Source of the DNA: a virus
Taxonomy: Duplodnaviria; Heunggongvirae; Uroviricota; Caudoviricetes
IMG/VR virus record: IMGVR_UViG_3300017971_000186
DNA: 64,000 bases
Reading direction: 5' to 3' (one strand)
Under the pieces are notes generated by a model that made no database searches, had not been told where the DNA came from, and saw only the letters and a program-made list of their open reading frames with translations. Position numbers and translations under genes: made by a program. Below are positions 11,201 through 19,985 of the stretch, piece after piece. Positions within the stretch are counted from its first letter, which is position 1, and every line of letters begins with the position of its first letter.

Positions 11201-13529
11201 CAAGAATTGTTTTACTTCGAAAAATATTTTGAATATTATCACCAAAAAAAGAAATATTGGTAGAACCACTTATAATAGGACCAGCCGTTAAAGGAACACT
11301 TAAATAAGTAGGAGCACTATCACCTATAAACATTTTTGGGTTTATTATATCTTCAAAAATAGGTGTTTCAATATTTATTCTTGTACCGTAATTATCATAA
11401 GAAGAACTTAAAATGGTATGATAATATTGCACAGCAGAATCAGGTCTAGCAAGAGTGAGAATCGAACTTGCATCTATAAATGAAGTCAGGTCAGACCCTT
11501 CTATATAAACAGTTTTTACCCCTTCAGTTATATTTAAATTATTTACAACAACCGGATAATATTCCGTTGATTCACTTTCAAAAGTATAATCAATTAGTAC
11601 AACATCAGTTGATTTTAATCCTATAGAAGTATTAGTAGCATTTTTCTCCAATAAAAGAGTCGGTCCCTCTGTCTGGATATTTGTTAAATCATAATCCCCA
11701 TCTCTTGTCTCATTATAAATGCGATTAATTTGGATCTCACCAGCATCCAGGCTAAGATTTATTAAACTAAATCTATAATTATCAGCATCTACTATTGTTA
11801 ACCTAGAATCATTTACTGTACAATACCAAGCGTTATCTGTATAAAATAAATTATTAACCTGTTTTGAAAGAGGAGTATAGCTTATAGAAAAATTATCCTG
11901 GGAAGTAAGAGTGTCTATAAGAGAAATTCTACCAGTTAAATAACTAACAAAATAATCCTCATCTTCTGTAAGAATTGTATCATTTTTTATTAACAAAATA
12001 GAATCTTGCTTTATCGGATAAGAACTCGTAGCAATGACAGTTCCACCATCAGTTCCTACAATAAGCTCATCAGAAACAGGATTTGATTCAACCATATAAT
12101 TTATTTGATAAATTTCACCAGGTCCCGGATGGTCCTTATCACGAGGTTTTAACCTTCCTATAGCAACCTGAAAAAGAATATCATCATCAATTTCAGCAGG
12201 AAAAGAAATTTTTTGTTCTATCCCATTTAAATAAACTTTAAAACCATAATCGATATAATCACTATAATCAGAACCTACATATTTTACTATCTCTTCATTT
12301 ACAGTTGAATCTATAATATTGATAGTCCCAGAATTCCCTTCCAATACATAATCTCTATAAGGAACCTGAGTAGTACCATCAACAGTCAATGAAAAAGATC
12401 CCGGATATATTCCTCCTATCGAATTACCAGAAGAATCAGTAATATTGAACTCTCCTAATGCTGTTAATTCTGTACTTGGGCTGTTTGATAATTCTGTTAA
12501 AAACATTATATTAGCCACAAAACGCTCATTTGGAGGAGGAGGTAAAACATATAAAGGATTCTGAGAATAGGATAATACATAATCTTGATACATCGTTTGT
12601 TCGACACTATTAATCCAAAGTTTCATAGAAGATTCAGGAAAAGGAACTACAGGAAGAGCAAACTGAAACGTTTCATATTTAGTCTCTCTGGCAAAAATGG
12701 TATTCTCTGTAACAGCCACATCCATTAAATCTGGATCATTAGTATTTAAGGCACGAGAAAATTTTAATGTAACTCCATCTACTAGAGGAGTAAAATTCGT
12801 AGAAGTAGTAAGATCATCAGCCTCTATAGCCCCATATTTCCACTTCGCTGCCTGATCATCATAAGTTATATCATTTTTAGCATACTGAATTCTGGTTCTA
12901 CCTATAACCCATTTCTTAGCAGTATAGGAACCACTCGTAGTATCACCTGAATAAGAATTCTCTAATGTTAATGATGTCCCAGAAGGTACCGCAGCTATTC
13001 TAAAATATTCTTGATATCCATCATGTTTTATAAAATCACCTGGGGCTATTATCCCTGACCAAGAAGGACCTGTATTTATTACAGTCTTATCTCCAGAAGT
13101 AAAGCTAGCTGTACCGGTCGAAGTATTTGTTATTGTATCTGGCTCTACAACATATTCTCTTTGACCCATATCAAATTGTATAGGATAAACCCCTGTCAGA
13201 CCCGAAGCACTTTCAAGTTGAAAACTGGTAGAAGAATCGATATTTGCTATTCTAAAAATAGTGGAGTCAGCAGTAAGATTATCTCCCACTTTTAATGAAG
13301 AAGTAGTTAAAGCACCATAGGGTGCTCCAAATGAAAATCCACTAACAGTATCATCACTAGCAAAAGTCCCACTTCCTGTGACATCACTCTTTCCTGGAAC
13401 ATATTGCCCGTTTACATAAACAACACCTGTTGTACGAGCATTATTGACTCCCGATCTTGATCCACGTATTTCAAAAAATTCAAGATCTATCGTATTATAC
13501 GATAACAGTGTATTTAAATCAGTACTCAT
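8187..13529 (-). CDS. Large baseplate-associated structural protein (multiple beta/Ig-like modules, helical C-terminus)
   Basis: 1780 aa Ser/Thr/Asp-rich; repeated ..DY.(L/V)....G.I modules; lies between spike and wedge genes. Confidence 0.75.
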   Translation of the reverse strand: MSTDLNTLLSYNTIDLEFFEIRGSRSGVNNARTTGVVYVNGQYVPGKSDVTGSGTFASDDTVSGFSFGAPYGALTTSSLKVGDNLTADSTIFRIANIDSSTSFQLESASGLTGVYPIQFDMGQREYVVEPDTITNTSTGTASFTSGDKTVINTGPSWSGIIAPGDFIKHDGYQEYFRIAAVPSGTSLTLENSYSGDTTSGSYTAKKWVIGRTRIQYAKNDITYDDQAAKWKYGAIEADDLTTSTNFTPLVDGVTLKFSRALNTNDPDLMDVAVTENTIFARETKYETFQFALPVVPFPESSMKLWINSVEQTMYQDYVLSYSQNPLYVLPPPPNERFVANIMFLTELSNSPSTELTALGEFNITDSSGNSIGGIYPGSFSLTVDGTTQVPYRDYVLEGNSGTINIIDSTVNEEIVKYVGSDYSDYIDYGFKVYLNGIEQKISFPAEIDDDILFQVAIGRLKPRDKDHPGPGEIYQINYMVESNPVSDELIVGTDGGTVIATSSYPIKQDSILLIKNDTILTEDEDYFVSYLTGRISLIDTLTSQDNFSISYTPLSKQVNNLFYTDNAWYCTVNDSRLTIVDADNYRFSLINLSLDAGEIQINRIYNETRDGDYDLTNIQTEGPTLLLEKNATNTSIGLKSTDVVLIDYTFESESTEYYPVVVNNLNITEGVKTVYIEGSDLTSFIDASSILTLARPDSAVQYYHTILSSSYDNYGTRINIETPIFEDIINPKMFIGDSAPTYLSVPLTAGPIISGSTNISFFGDNIQNIFRSKTILDVSNDLYQVASASYDSDTTTTTVNLRSGILYDRTDSTDLSSLKYSDNPYYLEGDTEIYASETIATLSDQPGFIMNYNSDQIIEITTTESDLTVDGTSFSYNTYPTLSDLSGAMTVIPSLAVTTYIPAWQSSKIELVTELSVFRDSSTVLNVSNALRYKSIDATAFVDTTDYSISNRGTVILDNPLVRGDKYNLDYMGLEFLGNKQVSYTAGYFDSLPAKSEVKASFQFVNLDQFYIQVLDQRDFFSSVTIPRMREEAIQLSGSVGQGGEVIGDEGNDNASGGITGDEYARQDMEIECRVFQNIYDFFSNRLEAYGDEMEASVGLKLFNNDGIFTQQEQDAANKTVSRIFPDVDNTNFEPMEVNPLTGYFFDNGAKFVNGSTTVTSTGNTLWTLQLNNSGYIGSADSTKRYQINSITNNAELELTTSYGENSSNVNDGERYTAVNTDYPVYDDDGFVGARIIGTRASNFGLINGDTFEIFLDGTDLTHKKTYTFLDTFFPVANLNGPLVAGLLSTINGLSCTYESVLDPTTTYGYRSTLVFRTDSTVNYMKLGDTTTTTKLGFVRDDTVYGNYDRLNYSSSAISLNLVPPEAILDSSEAHAIGEELGYQSSLIALGSPDKLNRISPAGLIFASEIYNSASSQVDLIYQEIPKIEEQITATGLIIAEEDIPSADTSTAHLNATLMLADTSAALIDATGIITDWQGKGTDWEWVSDFTQHSVFIRGKDSTNVGVPVSSGPGITNIDGQQSFILQAPAGYDRRILNNTIFSVTYYPAIVDATSNIPFDGTWTGWGIYGYSNNNEITFTLDQPNMIFLNNVSMAGTNQRYITDSTALNILWDVGPSTTTVTFPYATYATVSSMKIALNTISGLSATGPAIHDASICKAFLILPPQSITPDATVYPGLRDATVAYQTISDMMLADRTNFASDRSNFLVNRIDYLTNTRNTQIKNAIKNEQLLLDNGEPSDLYNWANNRFNRRQGCYAKLKQIEQQIASNESALQINKSFF

Positions 13530-14138
13530 TTATACAAGTTTCCCTATTCCTGGTGCAGCAGGTATCGTTACTGGGCCTGCAGGTGGTCCGGCTGCAGCTC
13601 CTATGTCAGTTGCATTTACTGTACCCGCCGACATTATATGATTACATATACCAAAAGCTATAGCTGATAATATTGGCCTTAATTTATCTCCTGAAATCAA
13701 TCTAAAAGCAGATTGAGCATATATTAAATTCTGAAGAGCAGAAGGAACTAAACCTATAATTTTCCCTGTCCCAGTCCCAGGACCAGCTCCTATGATTGTT
13801 CCTTGAAGTACAACAGCCTTCATAGCATTCACCACCCCAAAAGAAATAGAATCAAAAACTTTCTTTAAATCTCTTCCAGAAAGCCCATTAGCGGTTGCTC
13901 GTGCCATCATTAGTGCACTCATACCAGAAGGGACTAATCCTACCACTTTCCCCGTCTGTGTTCCACCTCCTGGCCCTAGTGCAATATTAGTACTATTTAC
14001 AGTTGAAGCTGAAAGAATATATTGACAAGTAGCACTAGCAATAGCTGAGACAAAATAAGATAATTTATCCCCTGCTATAGTTAAGGATGACGCCTTGACT
14101 ATTATAAAACTTTTCATTGTTTGTGGTACTAATGGCAT
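13530..14138 (-). CDS. Gly/Ala-rich protein of three about 65-aa tandem repeats; candidate spike-associated tip or cap
   Basis: 202 aa; units start (P/G)LVP and end G..G.G(K); immediately downstream of spike gene. Confidence 0.7.
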   Translation of the reverse strand: MPLVPQTMKSFIIVKASSLTIAGDKLSYFVSAIASATCQYILSASTVNSTNIALGPGGGTQTGKVVGLVPSGMSALMMARATANGLSGRDLKKVFDSISFGVVNAMKAVVLQGTIIGAGPGTGTGKIIGLVPSALQNLIYAQSAFRLISGDKLRPILSAIAFGICNHIMSAGTVNATDIGAAAGPPAGPVTIPAAPGIGKLV

Positions 14139-14148
14139 TTATTGATCC

Positions 14149-16080
14149 TTAAGCCGTTGCACTTACTTTTAAACTTCCTTTTAGAGGAGCACCTGTCACA
14201 TAATCCGCATGAGAAGGTATTCCAGGAAGACCTGTTACAACTCCTCCTATAGGTGCATTTTGTCCTAATTTTACTACTGGAGCATCAACACTTACAGAAA
14301 CTGAACCCTTTATCTCTACTGAAGTTCCCGAAACTGTTACAGTACCTAGTGCAGTTTTTATTTCTATCGATCCTGTCTTTACATCAAGAGTATAACTTCC
14401 TAATTTTATAAGAGTCTCATAAACTCCATTTCCAATGTTTTGTTGAATATTCCCACCGTTTACAGACAATTTCTTTTGACCGAATGTAGTTATTGTGTGT
14501 TGGATATCACCTGCATTAACTTCCAATTCATCATTACCTTGAGGAGTTATGACAGTCTTTCTACTCCCATATTTTTGTTGCTTCTCTTTCGAAACTGTTT
14601 CTGAATAAACTCCCAACACATTAACACTTTTGTCACTCTGTATAGATTGAGTATGAGAACCACCTATATTCTCAGTCTTCAACCCATTTATAACAAGAGT
14701 TAAATTCGAACTAACTTCAGTTTTGTTGCCCCCAACATTCTCATATGTATTCCCTTTGATCTTCTCTTTTCTGGCATAACCGTCATCATCATTCCCATTT
14801 ATTTCGACATTTATACCTTGAGAAGTCTTTATATCAATACTTCGACCTCTTAAATTAGTGTTATGAGCACCAATATTCCAACGAACTCCACCCGCTGTAG
14901 CCAAATCCCAAGAGTTATTTATTAAAGCTTCTCCTCCCCATATCTCTTTTAAATTACCTTGAGCCAGGGTAGACATCGATCTTCCGGCACCTAAAGGATT
15001 TGTTTTCGATGCTGGGAGATTCATATAATAATGGCCTTCTTTATCGATTCCAATAAAACACCCTGATTTCAAAGAATGTAAAGCATAAGCGAGACCTATA
15101 ATAGAAGGTTCATCCATGGCATTATCTCGTATCGCCTTTTCTAAACCGAAGTTTCCCTTTATATCATTTGGAGAAGAAAAAAGGACTGCTTTTAATATTT
15201 CTCCATACTGTTGAGGATTAGTTCGATCAGCTCCTATGTAATTACCCATTGCTAAAGTTATAAGAGGATCTCTTGTTGATAATGGAGAAGAACTATTAAT
15301 GTCATTAAGATCTAATTTTCCATCAACCAATTCATCTACATCAACCCGATATTCAGAATAGTATTGAGTATCATAAGTGATATCTTCACCATTAGGAACT
15401 ATATAAATGTTTTCTTTTCCATCCGGAAGAGATACGAGACTACCGTTATTTCTTATCTTTTTTCCATTTTTATCATAGAGTACAAGGCTATTTCTCATTG
15501 CGGGACCAGCACTTACCGCTACACCATCAGCAAAAATGAAATTATTTAGAGAAGTAGCAATAATTGATTGATCTTCATCACGGATTAAAAAAGTATCTTG
15601 AGAACCATCACGTAATTCTAAATTAGCATTTAAAGTAATTTCAGCTCCCGATGGGGAAGCTATGACCAAATCATTTAATCCCAATTTTCTGAATTTAAAT
15701 AAAATCTCATTTACATCACTCGTAGGAATAGCATCAGGATGTATCTTAACAACATTATAATTTAATCCTGCATCAAGACCTGCTGGAAGATAACTTAATA
15801 ATAGAGGACTTCCACCACCCACTCCAGAATTATACCATCCAAAAATTCCGAATGATCCTTTTTCTGGCAACATCCCAATAAATCCTGCCGGACCTGCGTA
15901 AGGAAAACTTATTGGGACATGGTCTCTACTACCATTACCTGGTTCCCATCTAACAGTCATTGTATATTTATCAAGATCGATTTCTTCAATAACACCCGTT
16001 CTAACATAAAAATATTGATTATTTCTATCTATGAAAGAACTATGAGGTTTTTCGCCAGGAGCATAATATCTATTCCTCAT
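14149..16080 (-). CDS. Baseplate central spike (gp5/gpV-like; OB-fold plus C-terminal beta-helix)
   Basis: 643 aa; TGVIEEID...TVRW...VPISFP...GMLPEKGS OB-fold; repetitive short beta strands at C-terminus; follows hub gene. Confidence 0.75.
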   Translation of the reverse strand: MRNRYYAPGEKPHSSFIDRNNQYFYVRTGVIEEIDLDKYTMTVRWEPGNGSRDHVPISFPYAGPAGFIGMLPEKGSFGIFGWYNSGVGGGSPLLLSYLPAGLDAGLNYNVVKIHPDAIPTSDVNEILFKFRKLGLNDLVIASPSGAEITLNANLELRDGSQDTFLIRDEDQSIIATSLNNFIFADGVAVSAGPAMRNSLVLYDKNGKKIRNNGSLVSLPDGKENIYIVPNGEDITYDTQYYSEYRVDVDELVDGKLDLNDINSSSPLSTRDPLITLAMGNYIGADRTNPQQYGEILKAVLFSSPNDIKGNFGLEKAIRDNAMDEPSIIGLAYALHSLKSGCFIGIDKEGHYYMNLPASKTNPLGAGRSMSTLAQGNLKEIWGGEALINNSWDLATAGGVRWNIGAHNTNLRGRSIDIKTSQGINVEINGNDDDGYARKEKIKGNTYENVGGNKTEVSSNLTLVINGLKTENIGGSHTQSIQSDKSVNVLGVYSETVSKEKQQKYGSRKTVITPQGNDELEVNAGDIQHTITTFGQKKLSVNGGNIQQNIGNGVYETLIKLGSYTLDVKTGSIEIKTALGTVTVSGTSVEIKGSVSVSVDAPVVKLGQNAPIGGVVTGLPGIPSHADYVTGAPLKGSLKVSATA

Positions 16081-18369
16081 TTAAAATCCTCCGATCCCAC
16101 TCAATGTTCTAGCTTCAGGCACACTGTCATCACGTAAATCCGATAATATCTTTTTACTCTCTCCAGGAGGAACATCGGATTTTGGAGGTCTCGCAGATGT
16201 AATATCAATTATTTTATCATTTGTTAATTCTTTTTTACTATCATCACCTTTATTTCTTCTTCTTTGCGATTCTGTCTGAACAGTACTTTCGAGATCATAT
16301 TCATTATCTAAATCAGTATCTTTAAATGCACCTAATATTCTAGGTAATTGGCGATTTTCTAGATTTAAATAATTTGGAACTGCACCATCTTTATCGTCAA
16401 AAAACAGAATATTCATACTTTCAGACTCATACTCATGAACAGGTCTTGCCATTGTAGTTAAATAAGTTTCTTTTAAATAAGGTAAATCATCTGTATTCGT
16501 AACAACACTTACTGGATTTAATGCCCGACCATAAGGAAAAGAACCAACTACTCTATAACCGAATTCATCAGTATAAGGTACTGTTGTCGATGTTGCAGAT
16601 AACTGACTATCACCTTGACGATCTACAAGAGCATATTTACCCTGTTGCATAGAATGTAAAACTCTTTCACCTACCATTAAATCCTGTTGCTTCTTTTCAA
16701 CATCTTGTGTCACTGCTATAGTAGGAGGAGTATCAACATTAGGATCTTTTTTCGGATCTTTCGGAGCTGCTTTACCAGTATAAGAATAAACTTTATCCAA
16801 ATATGGTTCCCAATTATCATCAGGATCATATATCTTTACTCTTTCAGTCTCAAGAGATAAAGTTGTTGTGAAAGTTCCACCATATTCAAAGGCATGATTA
16901 ATAGCTCTGACATAATGGAAACTATCCCGATGCTCTATGTAAACAGGATAACCTAATCGGATCTCAGGACGTCCAGGAATAGTGACACTTCCTGTTGTCG
17001 CTTTGGAATTAATTTTATTCATCTCTCCCAATGCAAGAGTTCTTGCCAAAGCCTGATTATTTATATATTCCATGGTCATTTCCTGATGTCGAATACCGAA
17101 TCTTTTTGCTAAATCAATATCCATATGGAAACCTTTTCCAAGAGCATATGTTGTTGTGCGTAAATTTTTATCTAAAGGAGTATTAACAGTCATCACTGTA
17201 ATTAAACCTTCAGTATCAGTGCTATGGGTATAATTTATTATATCACTAGGAAGAAGAGTATAAGGAAGGACACCTTTAACATTTAAATTATAAAAAGGTG
17301 GTTTAAATATAAAATTGCCATCGACATCTTGATAAAATTCAAAATCAGTTTTAGTTTTTACCTCAGTAGCAATCTGAAGTTTAGTCATGTATTCAGAATT
17401 ATCCCAACCACCCATATCATCATAATCAACAAATATCTCAAATTGACGAATATAATTTCTATCTAAACTAAAAAGACTTTTATCCTGAGGCTCAGTAGCT
17501 TTTTGTTGAAGAGAATTTCCGGGTTTTTTCGGAACATAGATTTCAGGTTGTCTTTCCTGAACACCATTCCGATCTACACGTTTACCATTTATTCCATACA
17601 TTTTTAGCAAACTACCCATATTAGCAAAACGCTGTTGCCAATACGCCATTATACCCTGAGTTACTTTTCTAAACAAACCCGTAGGATAAATGCTATTTAA
17701 AGGAGTTTTCTGACCGGCCCAAGCTGAGGTTACAAATTGATGCATTCCCATATCAGTAGTGAGTTTATACAAAATCTGATAAGGATTTAATCTTCTAAAA
17801 ATAGTGGAAAAAGCAGTTAATATTAAATTACCACCTGACATAATATTAGCTTCAGAAATAGGGTGAATATTAATAGTACTATAACCCCACCAATGAAGAG
17901 TATCAGCACAAGTCAGGTTGATCTTATACACACCTCCTGAATAATTTTCTTCCACATTTGTTATGAATCCCCAAAAAGCTGGATAATATTTTGGACTTCC
18001 ATTAACCATAAACCGACCCTTATAATAAATCTTTACTTCCATCATGGGAACAAATAAAGGAGCCCGAACTGGAGAATTACTATCGATCCCTTTAAAATAG
18101 GTCCAATATTTCGATTTTTCTCCATAAATAGGAGTAGTAATTTCAATGGTAGCTGTAGAAGTTCCTGGAGGATCAATATTATTTTGTACATTAACTGAAG
18201 TAATTCCATCATTAAATGAAACGGTATCATCTTTCCCACTTACCGGTGCAATGACAGATGTAGTTAAACTTCCTCCGATATAAACAAGGACATCAGGAGC
18301 TAATTTTATCACACCACGATTATAAAATTCTTTTAATGTAAATAATCCACTACTTAAAGTACTAGCCAT
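16081..18369 (-). CDS. Baseplate hub protein (gp27/gpD/VgrG N-terminal-like)
   Basis: 762 aa; FWGFITNV.ENY, FYQDVDGNFIFKPP, GSVTIPGRPEIRLGYPV, YVRAINHAF...FTTTLSL. Confidence 0.8.
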   Translation of the reverse strand: MASTLSSGLFTLKEFYNRGVIKLAPDVLVYIGGSLTTSVIAPVSGKDDTVSFNDGITSVNVQNNIDPPGTSTATIEITTPIYGEKSKYWTYFKGIDSNSPVRAPLFVPMMEVKIYYKGRFMVNGSPKYYPAFWGFITNVEENYSGGVYKINLTCADTLHWWGYSTINIHPISEANIMSGGNLILTAFSTIFRRLNPYQILYKLTTDMGMHQFVTSAWAGQKTPLNSIYPTGLFRKVTQGIMAYWQQRFANMGSLLKMYGINGKRVDRNGVQERQPEIYVPKKPGNSLQQKATEPQDKSLFSLDRNYIRQFEIFVDYDDMGGWDNSEYMTKLQIATEVKTKTDFEFYQDVDGNFIFKPPFYNLNVKGVLPYTLLPSDIINYTHSTDTEGLITVMTVNTPLDKNLRTTTYALGKGFHMDIDLAKRFGIRHQEMTMEYINNQALARTLALGEMNKINSKATTGSVTIPGRPEIRLGYPVYIEHRDSFHYVRAINHAFEYGGTFTTTLSLETERVKIYDPDDNWEPYLDKVYSYTGKAAPKDPKKDPNVDTPPTIAVTQDVEKKQQDLMVGERVLHSMQQGKYALVDRQGDSQLSATSTTVPYTDEFGYRVVGSFPYGRALNPVSVVTNTDDLPYLKETYLTTMARPVHEYESESMNILFFDDKDGAVPNYLNLENRQLPRILGAFKDTDLDNEYDLESTVQTESQRRRNKGDDSKKELTNDKIIDITSARPPKSDVPPGESKKILSDLRDDSVPEARTLSGIGGF

Positions 18370-19212
18370 TTAAAATCCCCCTAATCCTACTAGTGGTCTT
18401 ATTACCGAATTTTCAGTCACATTATTTACCAGTTTTGGCACATCTTCAGTTGAACCTACATCTTTTATAGGGACAAAATGGCCTCTTACTTCATTATAAT
18501 CACGACTTAATGAACTTACTACAAATTCAAAGTTATAGTCAAATAAATAAGGACGATCAGCAGATTCATCGATAGTAAAATTATTAAAATGGCCCATAAA
18601 ATTATGATTGTCATAAGATAATTCCACACCATGAATAACATTTACAACTCTTGTCAAAGTATCTTTAAAAGAGGTAAGATCTAAAAATTGATATCCATTA
18701 TTACGATAAGCATACATCAAAGACAAAAAATTCATATAACTAAAAGATCTTCGACGAGAGACATTAGTTAAACCCGTTCCTTCCACTATAAAGGCAGCGG
18801 TCTTTCCTATACATGAGATTAAATCTTGATTAGGTCCCCATAATTGAGTAATATAACCTCCACGAGTATAATCTGTGAATACAGAAGAAGTTTTACCATG
18901 ATTCATGTTCGAAGGATTTACTAATAATGTAAATGATAGTCGGAAACCATCTTTATCAGCAATAGCTATTTTCATAGGAAGGAGAGCTGTAAGAGCGCCT
19001 GTTAAATATGGGTTTGGTTGAGTTACTGAAGTACTATCCCCAAATCCAGGTAGACCTGATGTAAAAGTGGCTCCAGCTTGCCGAAGAACTTCATCAGCTC
19101 TATCAGATCTTAATTGTGCATAACCATTTGTGATTACTCCATCCAAAAATGTATCAGTTTCTTTTCGGATAATTACTCTGTCATCAACACCTTCTCGTCT
19201 TATTGGTTCCAT
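18370..19212 (-). CDS. Tail tube initiator/baseplate-tube junction protein (tube-fold paralog)
   Basis: 280 aa; LLVNPSN...YTRGG..TQLWG...ISC.G...FMGHFNNFTIDESA..PYLFDYNFEF; between TMP and hub. Confidence 0.6.
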   Translation of the reverse strand: MEPIRREGVDDRVIIRKETDTFLDGVITNGYAQLRSDRADEVLRQAGATFTSGLPGFGDSTSVTQPNPYLTGALTALLPMKIAIADKDGFRLSFTLLVNPSNMNHGKTSSVFTDYTRGGYITQLWGPNQDLISCIGKTAAFIVEGTGLTNVSRRRSFSYMNFLSLMYAYRNNGYQFLDLTSFKDTLTRVVNVIHGVELSYDNHNFMGHFNNFTIDESADRPYLFDYNFEFVVSSLSRDYNEVRGHFVPIKDVGSTEDVPKLVNNVTENSVIRPLVGLGGF

Positions 19213-19216
19213 TAAA

Positions 19217-19984
19217 TTACCTCAAAAAACTATAAATTGTTTTTTCCGCTTTAAATGTAATTGTATAAATAAATTTATATGGAGTTTCCGAATCTTCTGT
19301 GACATCAATACTTTCAAAATAGCCACGATAGGCTGCATAATCATAAGATAATTGAATATACAAACGTTCTCTCACTTGTCCATAGGCATCAAATTTGGCT
19401 GCATTGGCATTCATCATTTTCATGATACCCCTGAACTCATCATAAGATAAAGTTTCACGTCTTCTCTTTACTGTCAAGCCACTATGATCTCCTGGCTGGA
19501 TGGGTTCAGTTAAATTCAAATCAGGGATATTCATGTATTTATTTAACATCTCTCTGATCTCTTGTGAAGATTGAGTTAAAGGTGTACCATACTTCGGATT
19601 AGTTGAAGGAAGATTTGCTCCTTCCCATATAAATGAAGCACTGCTTCCCTGAAGGGATAAAGTATCAAGTTCTTCGCCCCAATGATCTTCTACCCATCCT
19701 GTCATTGTTTGTGTTCTACCTACTATCTTAGATAAATTAACACTTATACTCGAAGGATTGATTAATAAAACGAGTCCTAAAAATACTTGACCATCAATAG
19801 TATAAGAGACAGGTTTACCATTTAAATCCACTACTTGCATAAAAAATCTGACACGATTAACATTTTTTGAGACACCGTGAGCATTATATAAATAGCTATC
19901 ATAAGCTTTTACAAAATGACGGTCTGAGGCGTTAGTTTTTAATTCCTTCTCTAAAGCAAATGAGCGCCTATTTCTTAAAGCCAT
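19217..19984 (-). CDS. Tail tube initiator/baseplate-tube junction protein (second paralog)
   Basis: 255 aa; LLINPSS...QTMTGW.EDHWG...LSLQG...YRGYFESIDVTEDS..PYKFIYTITF, same pattern as neighbour. Confidence 0.6.
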   Translation of the reverse strand: MALRNRRSFALEKELKTNASDRHFVKAYDSYLYNAHGVSKNVNRVRFFMQVVDLNGKPVSYTIDGQVFLGLVLLINPSSISVNLSKIVGRTQTMTGWVEDHWGEELDTLSLQGSSASFIWEGANLPSTNPKYGTPLTQSSQEIREMLNKYMNIPDLNLTEPIQPGDHSGLTVKRRRETLSYDEFRGIMKMMNANAAKFDAYGQVRERLYIQLSYDYAAYRGYFESIDVTEDSETPYKFIYTITFKAEKTIYSFLR

Positions 19985-19985
19985 C

